A stretch of DNA of 64,000 nucleotides from Amoebophrya sp. A120 (Eukaryota; Protista; Dinoflagellata). Location: the NCBI GenBank assembly GCA_905178155.1, contig CAJINV010000001.1, positions 15,066,142 through 15,130,141 on the forward strand. The letters are read 5' to 3'. The notes beneath the pieces were generated by a model. That model ran no database searches. It worked only from the letters and a program-made list of their open reading frames with translations, and was not told the DNA's origin. A program made the position numbers and the translations under genes. Below, in pieces: positions 35,842 through 49,300 of the stretch (the stretch's first letter is position 1; each line of letters begins with the position of its first letter).

Positions 35842-36612
35842 TTTGTCTCTGCTTTGCGAACGAGAGAAGTGACGTGCTACTGTCTTGTAGAGTTTAAAAG
35901 CAAGACAAATTATGTCATCGTGTTTCTCCTTTTTTCACCACATGCGAAGCGAAAATTAGCTCCAGAAAGAACAAAACCAACAAAGCAAAGGAGCCTGCGT
36001 CAAAATTTGCAGTGGTTTTTTGAAAATCCTTCAGCAAAGCTTCTTCCTTTCTTTCATCGTTCAAGATCGTACAGTATTCACGTTGTTCTGACCGTCTAAC
36101 CCGTGACTGAGATCGTTGTCTTATATGGATCTGCAATGTAGTACTTTTCGAGGACTGAGCGACCGGATACTTATCAACACAGTGTGTATACAAGTGCAAA
36201 AAAGCAAATGGTATTGCGACTCTCTATGCCGGAAAGACAATGTAGTGCAAGCTTCTTAGACAAAAAAATATTTGTCAGGCGAGCTTGAAAAAGTCTATGC
36301 AGGATATCGCTGTGCAAGTTTTCAAACTTTGTGCAATCAGGAGCCAAATTCAAAGAGTTCAGAAGCGACATTGGAATAAGGTATTGCTTCCCAAAGTGTC
36401 AGTGTCGAAACAGAAACAGTAACAGAGGCAAAGACGAAGTTTTTGAATTAGTATGCACGCAAAGGCAAAACACAAACAGCTGGCATTGAAGCCGCTATTA
36501 ATTACTTTTCAAATTGTTCGCATCTGTTCGTCATGCAACTAAATGGATAAAATTGCATCCCTAAATGGATAAAAAACAAACGGACTTTAGTTCTACTTTT
36601 CAAAATTAGCGT

Positions 36613-38742
36613 TCACAAATTACTAGCTCCACCGTATCTTTGCAAAACCAGATGCAAAACAGTTGTGTTGAGCCCGGCTGGCTGGTCTCCGTGCGTGAGA
36701 TTCCGATTCACATTTGACGTACTGGAAGCCAGGCGCCCCAGCACGGCGTCCTGACTCGGAGCGTACGCGTAGAACACGATGGCGCTGTCGCCGGGGGTTT
36801 GGCGGTTCCGCGGCCACAGGTTCCCCTGTAGGCTTTTCGGCACTCCGACGGGGAAAAATTTTCCGCTCCGCAGCACTTTCATCAGCGAGCTCTGCCCCAT
36901 CAACGGTCCGGTCTGCGCGCGACGTGGCGGGGCGAATCGAGGCGCAGTGGAACTCGAAGTGCTACTACCACTAGCAGCATCACGACGGACGGTACTCCGA
37001 GCCGCGCCTAACAAGTTCGATGCTGACGACGAACGCGTCAAGCGGCGGTCGTGCGATCGGCTCGGGGCTTCGAGGTTGCGCTCCAGCAACTCGCTGAGCT
37101 GCCCGAGTTCCAACGAACTGTTCAACTCCAGGGTGATCCCGTATTCATCGTCCGCATTCCGGTACACCCGCTGCCGGGCGTGCGCGGGCCGCACGATTTC
37201 GAAGGTTTCTGCTAGCTCCGCCGGGCGGTACTGGTCCGTGTACCGGGATCCCTGCAAATCGCTGCGCCACACGCGCACCACGTGGTCGCGCTGCGGAACC
37301 AAGTGCAGATCCGAAACAACTTTTTCCAAATCCCGCCAGGTTTGCTCCGGAAACAGAGGCCGCTCGTTCTGCGTGCGTCGACGACGGGTGGGTTGCTGCG
37401 GAAGCGGGGCGGTTCGGCCACTTCCCGTTTGATTTGTCCCGTGCGCGCTCGAGCGAAAGCCCGGCGCACTGCTGCTCCGTGACAAAGCTGCGCCACTGCT
37501 AGAAGAAGTATCGAAGGCTGGTGCAGCAGTTCTGCCGGCGGCGGCAGCAGACCTTGATGCGACCGGCCGACCACCACGCGGTTGATTAGTTGCGGCGGCA
37601 GCAGCACGACTCGGAGCAGCAGTCGTTATACTTGCGGGCGAGGACGCTCGACGAGGTCTTTGAGCAGTGCGCTGGCTGCTGAGCGACGCGTCCGATAAGG
37701 TGCGCAACATTCCGGGCGGAAAGCTCGTGCGCTCCAGGAAGGCGCTGCGCGGAGTCAGTCCCTCGACGTCCTCTTCGCTCGGCGGTCCGAGCCGTGCCGT
37801 GCGAAAGCCAAAGTCGGCCGTCCGGATGGTTTGTTCAAACTGCTCGGTCGCAGCTTCATTATTATCCGAAGAAGAAGTTGGTGCAATACGAATAGGGCGT
37901 CTGGTGGTCTCATTATCTTCCGGCTCGGGTAGCAGCTGCATCAGCGGAGCCGAATTACTGTACGAGTCCTCCGGCGTTGCAGCCTCAATGCTATTGAAAG
38001 CCTCTCGTAGCATGTTCCGCAGCTGCCCGTCGCTCGGCGGGCGGGCGGCGTAGGAGGCGATTGTCTGGCGAAACCGTTGCTCGACCTCTCCGTGGAGCGG
38101 GTACTGCGTGGGCACGCCGATGTTCACCTCCAAGCGCGCCGCCACCTTGCGCAGGTAGACGGCGTCCGCGTTGGGCGTAATCAAGTCTGCGACCGGTGCG
38201 AAAGCCTCCTGGTGGAACCCGATCTGCAAACTTCCGTTCACGCACCGCGCGGTCACATTCTGCAAACTTCGCACAGCTTTTCCGTCCCGGAACTTACGGC
38301 TCGAAATTTTCATGACCACGAAAGGCAGCGTCACGTTCGCGCGCGGGTTATGGTTCCACGTGCGCCCCGCGCCCGCGGGCCAGGCGGCCCGCGGGGCCGC
38401 GTTGCCGAAGTCGTTCACAAGGAACTGTCCGTGGTCCAGCGTTTCAACCTCGTCATCGTCCTCGGGTTGGCCGTGCAGCGGAAGGCGGCCAGCGGAGTTC
38501 TCAAAGGCGATTTCAAACACGGTGTTAGACGCGCTGAAACGCTGGTTCGTATGTCGCAGTTCCGGCGGAGGCAGGAACCGGCTCACCAAACCCTCTTCGT
38601 TCTCCAAGCTCGCGTACTCTACCTGCGTTGCGGAAAGCGTCGCGTGATAAAAGCCGGGCAGGCACGGATCATGCAGGCCGGGATTAGACGCTAGCCCGAG
38701 CGGCGGCACTAGGGCGAACAGCGGGCTCAGGCGGAACGACAT
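36613..38742 (-). CDS. Putative secreted hypothetical protein, 709 aa, with an S/A/R-rich centre
   Basis: Intronless long ORF with signal-like MSFRLSPLFALVPPLGLA. Confidence 0.7.
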   Translation of the reverse strand: MSFRLSPLFALVPPLGLASNPGLHDPCLPGFYHATLSATQVEYASLENEEGLVSRFLPPPELRHTNQRFSASNTVFEIAFENSAGRLPLHGQPEDDDEVETLDHGQFLVNDFGNAAPRAAWPAGAGRTWNHNPRANVTLPFVVMKISSRKFRDGKAVRSLQNVTARCVNGSLQIGFHQEAFAPVADLITPNADAVYLRKVAARLEVNIGVPTQYPLHGEVEQRFRQTIASYAARPPSDGQLRNMLREAFNSIEAATPEDSYSNSAPLMQLLPEPEDNETTRRPIRIAPTSSSDNNEAATEQFEQTIRTADFGFRTARLGPPSEEDVEGLTPRSAFLERTSFPPGMLRTLSDASLSSQRTAQRPRRASSPASITTAAPSRAAAAATNQPRGGRPVASRSAAAAGRTAAPAFDTSSSSGAALSRSSSAPGFRSSAHGTNQTGSGRTAPLPQQPTRRRRTQNERPLFPEQTWRDLEKVVSDLHLVPQRDHVVRVWRSDLQGSRYTDQYRPAELAETFEIVRPAHARQRVYRNADDEYGITLELNSSLELGQLSELLERNLEAPSRSHDRRLTRSSSASNLLGAARSTVRRDAASGSSTSSSTAPRFAPPRRAQTGPLMGQSSLMKVLRSGKFFPVGVPKSLQGNLWPRNRQTPGDSAIVFYAYAPSQDAVLGRLASSTSNVNRNLTHGDQPAGLNTTVLHLVLQRYGGASNL

Positions 38743-41700
38743 GGTGAAAGTTTTTCTTTGGTTTGGTTTTTCGTGTGAAGGTCGAAAGCAAATGAAACGA
38801 CTTTTATTTTTGTTCAGTATGGAATGCGCAGCACGAGAACCTCAAAGCTAGTCTAAAACTTGATCGATTCTTGTGTCGGTTGCAAAGAAATCTGGATGCG
38901 ATTGATCTTGGTGATTGTAAGCATTTCATTGCGAATTCAGCCCTGCGGTCGAGTGGACCTTGCCATAGTTGGAATGAACGTGGACGACGATCGCGCGCGT
39001 GCATGCGCGCAACATCGCGGCATCTTTTAGATCGACAGCCGGAGCCTGCAATTTACGTACATCTTTTTTGGGCGCGGATCGATTTCACATCTTTAGCCGA
39101 GCATCGGAATTTATGGGATCAATGATTTACCGGCAGATTTTCAATTTTACAAAAAGGAATGGGAGATCTCAAATTTCAATAATCGGCGGACGTGATCGGC
39201 GGGAGACGAATGCGCCAGCCGAGAGGCCGAAACTTTCGCGCATAGCCAGGTGCGCCACCGACCATCGGACCGATTACCCGCCGGGCGGCGAATGCGCGGA
39301 CTCGGGGGCTAAGGAGCTCAAGAAGCATGCGCTCCGCAAGCGCTGCTGCAGTAGTGGGCAAAGCCTTTCTCCGCTACAATCCAGCGCCGCGTGCCCCCCC
39401 GGCGAAATTCGAGCGAGACGACGAGCACCGACAAGCGCCCCCCAACCTTCGGATGGAAGATTCCTAAGCAGTATGCAGCTGACATTATCAACATAACCAG
39501 AATGCGCAATGCGGCGGCTTTGCGACGTACCGCTAAAGCGCCGCCCCTGAGGGTGTCGGTGCAAAGGTCGGCCCCCCGCACGGCGCCGCCGGCCCCTTTC
39601 CAGGGCGGGCGCGGCGCTGCGCGCCTGGCGGAGAACGCCCGGCCCTTGTCAATGGCGGCACAACCAGCGCCGCGGCGATCGCGTCCGAACGCTCCGCCCG
39701 AGGAAAGAGGGCCGGTCGCGGATTCTCGGATGCCCCAGGGCGGTGGCCCGCGGCCAGGCCCGGTGCCGGCGGCGGGCCTTTTGCTTTCCCGCTGGGCTAC
39801 TGCACTGGCGCCGCGCCGGAAGCGACCGCAGACACGCGCGGACAGTGCGAACGGCGTGGCGCTTGGTCGTGCGTCGCCTGCGGTACCCGCGCGCGTTTTA
39901 TTGACGAGAAAGAGAAAAGGCCCGCGGGTAGGGGGTGATGGTGATGGGTCTAGCGCGGCTCGCCGGTCCCCGAACGTGAGCGGTGGTCGATTCCACTGCC
40001 CTCAAAAACGACGCTTCCACGGTGATTCAAAAAGCTGCAGGCTGGGCGCAGTGCAGACCCTAACGCTGCGGACATGCGGCCCCTTGGGAGCCTAGGTTAT
40101 GCAGGGACGGTCGTGCTGTTTGGAGGCTCCTATCAATGGGGCCGCATGTATAACAGCCATGGCCTCTTGGCAGAATGAAAAGGAATGGAAAAAAAGGGCT
40201 GGGCTTTGCTCCAACTGAGGTGACGCAGTTTCCGACTTTTACAATATGCCAAGAAAAACAGGGAAAACGCGCATAAAAGAGCAACGGATTGCATAAATGC
40301 ACTAAAATCAACGGACAAACAGGACCGCTGTGATTCTGCATCCAGTTTGTTGTGTTTACATCATGCATTTTCAAAAATCTTAAAAATTCTGAATATTTGG
40401 AGACCGCGGAAAATCCAAAAAATACTGCAAATCATGGCATTTTTTATGCATGTGCGCCCGTAATAATGGAATATATATTTGCTATTACATGTAACACGGC
40501 CAGAATATGATTTAAATTCTACTAATATTACAGATTTTACAAGGTTGTGAAAATTTTGAAAATCTGAAAAAGTGCCGCAATTTCTTTAATTTGACGGGAT
40601 ATCACCTGTGTAATAGGTATATCTGTACACATGGTCTTGCCTGACTATATTTGGTCACTTATACAATACAAAACGTGGCCACTTTTTGGTATGTCCAGAT
40701 TTTTCAATTTTTTGAAAGATTGAAAGTGTGTAATTTTAAATGATTTGCGCTATTTATATCCATGGAAATCAAATAAAAACTAATATGCGCAATATATTGC
40801 AGGAATCCACACAAATACACCTTCCAAATCCATTTACTTTCATGATTTTCTGCACGGGCGAACTTTTTTAAAAATTTTAAAAGTGGCAGATGGTGCGTAG
40901 TTTGAAGATAATAGATGCAATGTCTGACAATAAACAAAAATGATACATGTATGACACGGCAGAGATATGCTCTAGTCCCTTGCTCTACAATATTTTTAGG
41001 CATTTTTATTTTTTTGGAATTTTTTAAAAAATTTTGAAAATCCAGAAAAATCCAAAAGGTCTTAGGCATTAGGATAGAATTTTACTAAGAAGACAGAAGA
41101 AATACCATCCAACCACGTGTCCTCTTGTTCGGTTCGTTCTCCTCCACCATTGTAGTGCATGTATGAAAATTGCACCCCAGAAAAATCGTGGCTCCTTTCC
41201 CCCTGCCCCCCCCCCCCCTAATCATTTTCCTTTTCTTGCCCGACAAGGAACCCCCCCCCCNNNNNNNNNNNNNNNNNNNNNNNNNNNNNNNNNCCCCCCC
41301 CACCCAATCCTTCCCCTTCCTTCACGGAAGGCGCTTGCGATCCGGCAGCGCATACCATGCGACCCCGCCTGGCCTATCGCAGTCGTTTCCATCCTTGGAG
41401 GAAACGCCTTGCGCGGAGCCTGCCGGGCCGCCGCGGGCAGAAACTGACCGCGCGGGCGATGCACGCCTCGAACCGGCCGGGACTCTGCAGGCTAGCACGA
41501 TGCCAGGCGCCGCATTTTCCGCGCGGCGCTGCTATTTTCGGCAGGCGCGAAGGATGTCCATCGGCGCGGGGCCGTTGGGCGGTGGCCGGTGGCTTTTCTA
41601 AGCATACCACGCAGACGCCTGTGGTTATTGCAGTCGAATTTGGCCCGGTGCGGTTGCTCATGACGCGTTCGTGCGCCCGGAGGCCGCGCCGGCCCGATAG

Positions 41701-43373
41701 ATTCGCGCACCGCAATCCGAATCACGGAGCAGCATCGCCTTGCGGGTTCTTGCGCCCCGCTTCTCCCCCGGCGGCGGCCGAGGAGGAACCGCGGAGGCCG
41801 GGCAGCCATACTTATGCCCCCCCCCCGCCGCGCGGCGCCGCTGCTTCCGTCGTACCATTCCCGGGGAAGAACGCGGCCCCCACCCCCCGGGACTCCGCGC
41901 TGCGAAATTACCCCGGCGGGGGGGGCTATCGGGCCGCCTCCGCGCTCCTGAAGCCCCAAGCCCCGCTTAGCCCGCAGCGCGAAAAGTCTCCGAGGGCGCC
42001 AAAGCGCCGCGCGCAAAATAGCCGCATCGCACCTAGATGAATGAGGTCGGAGGGCTCGCCACGCTCGCGCGGGGTTTGCGGTTCTACGGTCCAACCCGGC
42101 CCGGTGCGATTCGTTCACGCCCGCCCGGATCGCTGTTTGCATTCTACCACCGCGCAGGGTACAGCCATTGTGTGTGTTACTTCTCTAGTGCTGGCGCTGC
42201 CGATGGCGGGTGCTTGTCGATGGATTCTCATGCTGGTTCTGGTCGTTAGTTTGGGTCTTTTGGGGGTCCTATTGTGTTGCGTGTGCCTATCTACTACCCC
42301 GTGCTGATATTAGTTGCTCATCCGGTGTGTCGTTCGGGGAGGCTGTGTAGTTCTTCCCTCCTTCCCACACCAGATCTCACATATTTACCAAAGCAAACCA
42401 GAGACGCGCTTCACCAGAGCCTGACGTTTCCTGTTTGCGCGCAGTGGGAACATCATATTTGAAACATTTGTTTGACGGTAGTGGAGCAAGGAAATATTGT
42501 CGCAACGCTGCGCCGCACGAGCCAATTCTTCTGGTGCGTCGGATCAAGCTGCGCTCGCAGCTCCATCGCAGCGCACGGCAAAACCGATCTAGTCCAGATC
42601 AGGACTCTTGCAAAGATTTCTGCAGATGCGTTCCTGCTGACACTGTCGTAACGGATCGTCCAGGATTTTTTGCTTTTCGAACAGCATTGCCGAGTAGTAT
42701 GAGACAGTAAAGAGCAGTGACTCTTCGTCGGAGAGAAAAAAGTCAAGACTTTCGATGTCTTGCCCAAAATGCCGTAGTACTTACGACAAACGTCGAGAAA
42801 GTTCTTGTGTGGAAGAAGAGTAGAACTTCTGATTTTAGAACGACCAGCAAGAAGCAAAAGCGTCGTGATGCATTCCGTTGTCGACAAATTTTTTCCGTTG
42901 TTAGTACGAGCGACCGCCATGTTCGGAGGCACATCAAAAACTGCTAGTGATAGACAAACGAAAGTAGAGATTGCAAAGCCGTTTTTTGTTTGCGCGATGT
43001 TTGACAGTCCACTTAAATAAACCTGAAGAATTCATCATTGTTCAACAGTCGATCTCTAGGGAAAGTAAGTAAGTAGCAACTACGGGCGTAGAAGCGAAAA
43101 GGAGTAGTGCTGCAGTGCGAGGAGCGCGGCATCGGCAAAGTCGCCGTCGCCGTGCTGCTCTGCTGCGCAAGATTATAGGCACGTCTCCGTGCACAAAGTA
43201 TCATGCTGTGGTACGAGTTTTTTACTTCGCAACGTAACTTGATGACCTTCTCGACGCGCTTCGGGTTGTAGTGACTTTCCGACCGACACCTCCGAAGTTT
43301 TTTTTTGATACTAACTTGCCGAAAAGATTATACCAACTCGTTGTACATCTGAAATCTATACCAGAAGGACAAA
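38743..43373. promoter_or_regulatory. Divergent strand-switch region between two unidirectional gene blocks
   Basis: No convincing CDS. GC-rich 39.2-40.1 kb, AT-rich 40.35-41.1 kb, poly(C) runs around the gap, GC-rich 41.3-42.15 kb. Regulatory role is inferred. Confidence 0.45.
41261..41293. other. Assembly gap (33 N) flanked by poly(C)
   Basis: Run of n characters in the sequence. Confidence 0.99.
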
Positions 43374-46300
43374 ATGCACATTAAGCAGGTGCAGATAAAG
43401 GGCTTCAAGTCCTACGCCACGGAGGTAACCGTGGGTCCGTTCGACACCCAGTTTAACGCGATCACCGGGCTGAATGGCACCGGGAAGAGCAACATTCTGG
43501 ACTCCATCTGCTTCGTGCTGGGGATCACGACGCTGAGCGCCGTGCGCGCGTCCAAGCTGGAGGAGCTGGTTTACAAGCAGGGGCAGGCGGGCGTGACCAA
43601 GTGTCAGGTGACGATATGGTTCGACAACACCAACAAGGCGACGAGCCCCGTGGGTTACGAGAAACACAACGAGATTTCGGTGATTATGGCGGTGCTGAAA
43701 CGCTACATTCTCAACTGTTACGTGAATTCGTGACGCAAGAATAGCAAAAGTGAAAGGGATGGCTTTGCGCTTCTTGCATTTTTACAACGTTCCTGACACG
43801 GATTGTTCGAATGCTAAATTTAGTGTGTGAAGATGAAGTTGTGATGCGAAGGAGCTTGGTCGTGTAAACTGTGATGGTGATCTTGCATGACAAATCACGT
43901 AACAGTTGAGAGCGTAGCGTTTGGGCATCCCATAGTGAGCCGGCTGATAGTGATCGGGGGGAAGAACAAATACCTGATCAACAACAAAAACGTGCATATC
44001 ATACAGAAAAAAGCAGGCAGGGCATGTTTGTAAATGCAAAAAATATCAACTGCGCAGAAAAATCTGTCACAAGCGAGCCCATAGAACGCGGCTTCGGGTA
44101 CACAAAGCAGACACTTTTGTGTTGTAGTTATTTTTGCAGTAGATATATGTCCTGCGTGCTTTTTTCTGTGGGATAGTGCAGCATCAGCAGGTGGCCAACA
44201 TGTTCCACAGCGTGCAGCTGAACGTGAACAACCCCCACTTTCTGATCATGCAGGGGAAAATCACCAAGGTAATCAACATGAAGGCGAAGGAAACGCTGTT
44301 ATCACACAGAAAAAAACTGGCAGGTCATATTTGTAATGCAAAAATAAGCACACAAGAAAACTTGTATTGCATACCCGGAATAGCATGCTACGAGGTCGCC
44401 CATGACAGATTTTTGTGTGTATTCATTTTTGCATTACAAATATGCCCTGCCAGCTTTTTTCTGTGGGATAGCTGTCAATGATTGAGGAAGCCGCGGGCAC
44501 GAAGATGTACGAGATGAAGCGGGCAGCCGCACAGAGACGGCTGGAGCAGCGGGCTTCCAAGATGGAGGAGATTCAGCGCATACTCTCCAATGAAATCGAA
44601 CCGACGATCAACAAACTGGAGAAGTAGGAAAGGGAAAAGCGCAGCAGCCTCGCGTCGACCCCCAGAACTGGGAAATAGTTCTCATGCAAAGTAGATACCA
44701 ATGTGGTTGGAGAGCTTTATTCTCGTGTAAAAGGACTTTCAGTCATCTTGCTGAGCCAACGTGTCGGCGTTCATCACAGCATGTGTTGTTATTCGACAAA
44801 CTCTGCGACTACTCCGTTTTTTTTGCATAGCATATCGCATGAAAGATTTGTGTTGCTTGAATTTTGGTAATGCAAGATGGAGAAACGTTAACGTTCTAGT
44901 GGGATGGGACTTGTGCCAGTTCTGGTGGCGGGGCGCTTTTCATTTTGATAAGAAGGAGAAAGAGGCCTACATGGAGTGGTCTCGGTGTAGCTCCGAGCTT
45001 ACCACCATAAGCAAGTTCGTGATCGCACTATCAAATGCAACTAAGTATGGGTCCTCTGGAAGATTTTTGGGAATTTTCCATATTGATCGTACATGTTCAT
45101 CCGCGATGTCTGTGATGCATTCATTCTCTAGTGTCACAGCTTTTGCGAAGGCTGCGTCATGCCTATCCTGCACGAAATTCGCCCTCTCGTCCGGGTGGCA
45201 AAGGTCTGAGCTCGTCCGGGATACACGATCGAATAAAAAAGTTAGCATCTTCACTTTCCAGACCTAGCCATATTTGCATTGGATACGCACACGATTACTA
45301 CGAGTTCACCAAGCAGTCGGAGGAGAAGGCGCAAGCGGTGATTGACGCCAAACAAGGGGAAAGCGACCTGATCGTGGCAAACGAAGAGCTGAAAAGAAAC
45401 GTTGAGGACTGGTATGCAATCGAAAATTTTGTTTTCCCCCAGCACGTCAAGGATCATGAAAAAAAAGCGAACTCCATTTTTTTATTGATTTCTGCATCAT
45501 GATTTGACGATGTTAATGTTCGTGTCCGGTCAAGGTGCAGATTTCTCGTAGTAAGTTGCAAGCAGTAGGAGCTTCAGAAAACGTGGAAAGTATGTTGCAC
45601 GAGAACTACCGAAGTAAACTTTACTTCGGTAGTTCTCGTGCACTATCCTGCAAGGAGGTGGAGAAAAAGAAATTTTGATTGCATAAGTGGGAATTGCAAC
45701 TGAAAGAGAAGGAGCAGGAGGACGCGGCGACGGAAAGCAACGCGGAAAAGAGAGTAGCCAAGACGCGAAAAACCGAGCTGCAAGCGCAGAACACCAGTCG
45801 CGAGAAGAAGATAAAAGGCACCAACAAAGCCCTGGAGGAAAGCATGAAGAGCGGCCAGGACGCGACAAAGCAGCTCGAGGACGCCCAGGTGAGAATCGAC
45901 TTCAGACTTGTCTCTTGCGGATAACTTGACACTTGTAAGTAGTGCCCTGACACCAGTTCTTACTCGCTCACTTAGAAGAGCGAGCACGCATCTTGAAGAT
46001 TTCTCTCTTTTTCAGTATCGCTGGTACCTCTGTCTCCTGCTGCCCTATTGCGTAGGGACGGAACTACTCAGGATTTTTTCTTATCTTCTACTTTCTTGCG
46101 AAGGAACGAATAGCGCATGGGTAACATCATCATCATCAACGAATAAAGATTTTCCGTAATCAAAACCAACGTCGCAGGCTGCCGTGGACAAAGCAAAAGC
46201 AGATTGGGACAAGGCAAAAGCCGACGCCGAGCAGGCCCGGGAGCAGTCGGAGACTTTCACGAAAGAAATCGACGAACTGAAGAAAAAGATGCAGCAGCTG

Positions 46301-49300
46301 GAGGCGGGCGTGTCCGCCAACGCGGATAGCGGGGAAACGCTGCAGCAACAGATTTTGGACACCCAAAAGCTGGTCATGGAGTTGCAGACGGAGGCCAAGA
46401 AAGCGAGAGCCAACCAGGCTGCGGCGGAAAAGGAGATTCCAATATCAAATGGAACAATGTCTGGGTCTGGAAGGATGCAACTTGTGATGCTGAATTTGGA
46501 TTCTACAAAAATCTGTATTGCGTGAACAGCAAAAGAGGTTCAGTTTCTGCCACGGCGAGAGGGCATTTCTCGTGCGGTGTGGGCATCAGCAAGCCCTCAC
46601 AAAATCTGTGATGCTAGAGCATGCGTCACAGACTTCAGGAGTCATGCGAAGTGTGCATGACAAACCTTGCATCCCTCCAGACCCAGACATTTTTGCATTT
46701 GATATCCGAACGTGGAAAACCAAATGAAAAAATGGAAGATGTGAGAGTGCACAACTCCCCCTCCCCCTCATTTGTCATGCAAAATACCAAGTCCACTCCT
46801 TGCACTTTGGGAATGTTAGCGTGACGACTTCTGGTAGCCCAAATAGCACTACACTACAGTGTAAATTTGTCATGCAAAACCGGCACTCTTGCTCTTGCTT
46901 GTTATGCCGTTCATGCTATACAAATGAGGGGGAGGGGGAATTGTGCACTGTCATAAAAGAAGCAATTGAGTCAAGAGCTGGATGAGCTGAAGATAAGAGA
47001 AGCAGAGGCTGAAGCGGTGAAACAAAAACTGCAAAAGTACGACGGGACTCCGGACAAGTATAGATTATGTTCGTAATACATGTTTTAGTTTTTGCCACTA
47101 CCAGATGCAAAGGAAGCGCTTCGGGTGGGTATGTATCACGACATCAGGAGGAGCAAACATTTTTTGGTTGGGTCGGGTCTGCATGTGCCTAGAGGTCGTG
47201 CGCATAGGTATTTTGCAAAAAAAAATGTGCGTTCTGCTTTGCATTATAGTGATCCGCCGCCCCGTGGCCGTTTGTGGACGGCCCTCCTCGTCATGTTTCG
47301 CGGCCGTTTTGATGCTGCAGATCTGGGTGTAGAATTATCGTGCTTGTTGTGATTCAAAGGGACTTCTAAAGTACTATGTAACTCCCAAACTCCTGGCAGG
47401 ATCGCGCAGGAATATCAGCGGCTGAGGGAGCTGAAAAACGAGCTGTCGAAGCTGGAGGAGGTATCACACAGAAAAAAGCTGGCAGGGCATATTTGTAATG
47501 CAAAAATAAATACACGCAAAAACTTGCCATGGGTGGCCCCATAGTTAGCATGCTGCTTCCGATATGCAAGACAGGTTTTTTTGTGTATTTATTTTTGCAT
47601 TACAAATGTGCCCTGCCAGCTTTTTTCTGTGTGATAGGAGGCGAAAACCAAGGTGGAGCAGAACAGCTCCGTGTCTTATGCGGCCCTACAATCCAGACTG
47701 GAAAAATACAATTTCATCCACTCTCGGAAGAAATGGCTGGAGCGGTACCCACCCAACGCGCCGCGAAATTGGGACCCGAGCAAGGCGGTCCAGGGGTCGC
47801 TGGCCTCGCTCATCGAGATCAAGCCGGATTACGCAGAGTACTTCCATGCGTTGGAGGTCGCCGGGGGCGGCGGTCTGTTTCGCATCGTCACGGACACGAC
47901 GGCTACCGCGAAGCTGATGTGCCAGAAGGGGGTGACTGCCGGGCGAGAGACCTACTTGCCACTGGATCACACGACGGGGCAGGGGATTTCCCGGCAAAAG
48001 GTGGACCGGGCCCGACAAATCGCAAACGCACTCCGACCGGGGGCGACCGTGCTGCGAGCCGTTGATGCCATTCGTGCCCCCCCGCAACTGCAGCAAGCGG
48101 TGGAGAACGTCTTCGGACCATACTTGCTTGTCGACAGTAGGGATGTAGCCCAAAAAATCTGTTTCGACCCCAGCGTGAGAACTGCGGTGGTCACCAAGGT
48201 ATGAAGATTTTTTTTTCGCATGAGAGCACATACACTCATTGGAAGATGAATGTGTAGTTGAGAGGACTGCAAATTAATCATACCTGCTGGCGTCGATGGA
48301 GTATAAAGTTGCAAACAGGACGATGAACACCTTCCTGAACTACACTACAGGACGGAGATTCGTACAATCCAAGTGGGACGATGGCGGGCGGTTTATCAAA
48401 TGCGGATATGTCTGGGTCTGGAAAGATGCAGATGTTTGTCATGCAGAATTTTCATGTCCCGTGATGCCAGGAATAGGAATACAGGGTCTAACATCACACG
48501 TTCAGCAGGATGCTTTGTGCGATGTTTATCCTGCATACATGGCCCAAAATGGGTATTTTTCCTCGTCTTGCCCGATAGATTTTGCGGGACGGGCACCGAG
48601 TTTTACTTCCAGACCCAGACATACTTGCCTTTGATGCGGCTCGAAGGACAACAATAAGCTAGAGAACAGCTCTCCGGCCGTTTTTTTTTTCTAGAAAAAG
48701 TCATGCTCGAGGAAAGGAAGGCACCCGCACCAGCAAGGAAGTTTCGCGACATTATGACTTTTTGTGTCGAGGTAATGTGGCATGTCACGTCCTTAGCTTC
48801 CCTACGAGCAGAAGGAGACCGCAACGACATCGCTCAGTTAGCAGAACTGAATACGTCTTTCGGATGGTTGCACAGAGCGTAGTCTTCGGCACACACGGCA
48901 TGAACGAAAATAACCAAAGAACTCACGTTCTTTTTCATCTTGAAACGGCAGAGGGGATCTTCTTGCATTGCATAAAGAACAGTGGCCATTTCAAAGTGTA
49001 CAAGACACAGTGGCAGCCTAAGGAAGCGTCTACAGAGGGGAATTTTTTTTGCAAACTGGAGATAATGAAACGCCGTGCTGATCTGTATGACTCTGCGAGA
49101 CTCGTAGCGATTCTCTTTTAGTAAGCCAAATCGTGATGTACTGAAGTACAAACGTTGGTATACAGCAAAAATAAAAGCTAAGCATTCTATTTGTGGTCTC
49201 TTTGGAGAACGCAACTCGCAGCTAGATAGCATCCCTATACTTCATGTACCGAAAAATGCATGGTATCGTAATTGTTTAGTTTGCGCGAAAAATTCCAACG

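Noticed and set aside
538-35846. GCCATTTTG on the plus strand (near 540, 13045, 18086, 20964, 35837) resembling the dinoflagellate spliced-leader core
   Set aside because: Each is the reverse complement of the start context CAAAATGGC of a minus-strand gene. The rest of the leader sequence is absent.
3119-38694. Many plus-strand ORFs antisense to the minus-strand genes
   Set aside because: Shadow ORFs produced by GC3-rich coding sequence.
39391-42307. Overlapping 200+ aa ORFs in the GC-rich blocks
   Set aside because: Arg/Pro/Ala/Gly-rich in several frames with no motifs, as expected from stop-codon scarcity at high GC.
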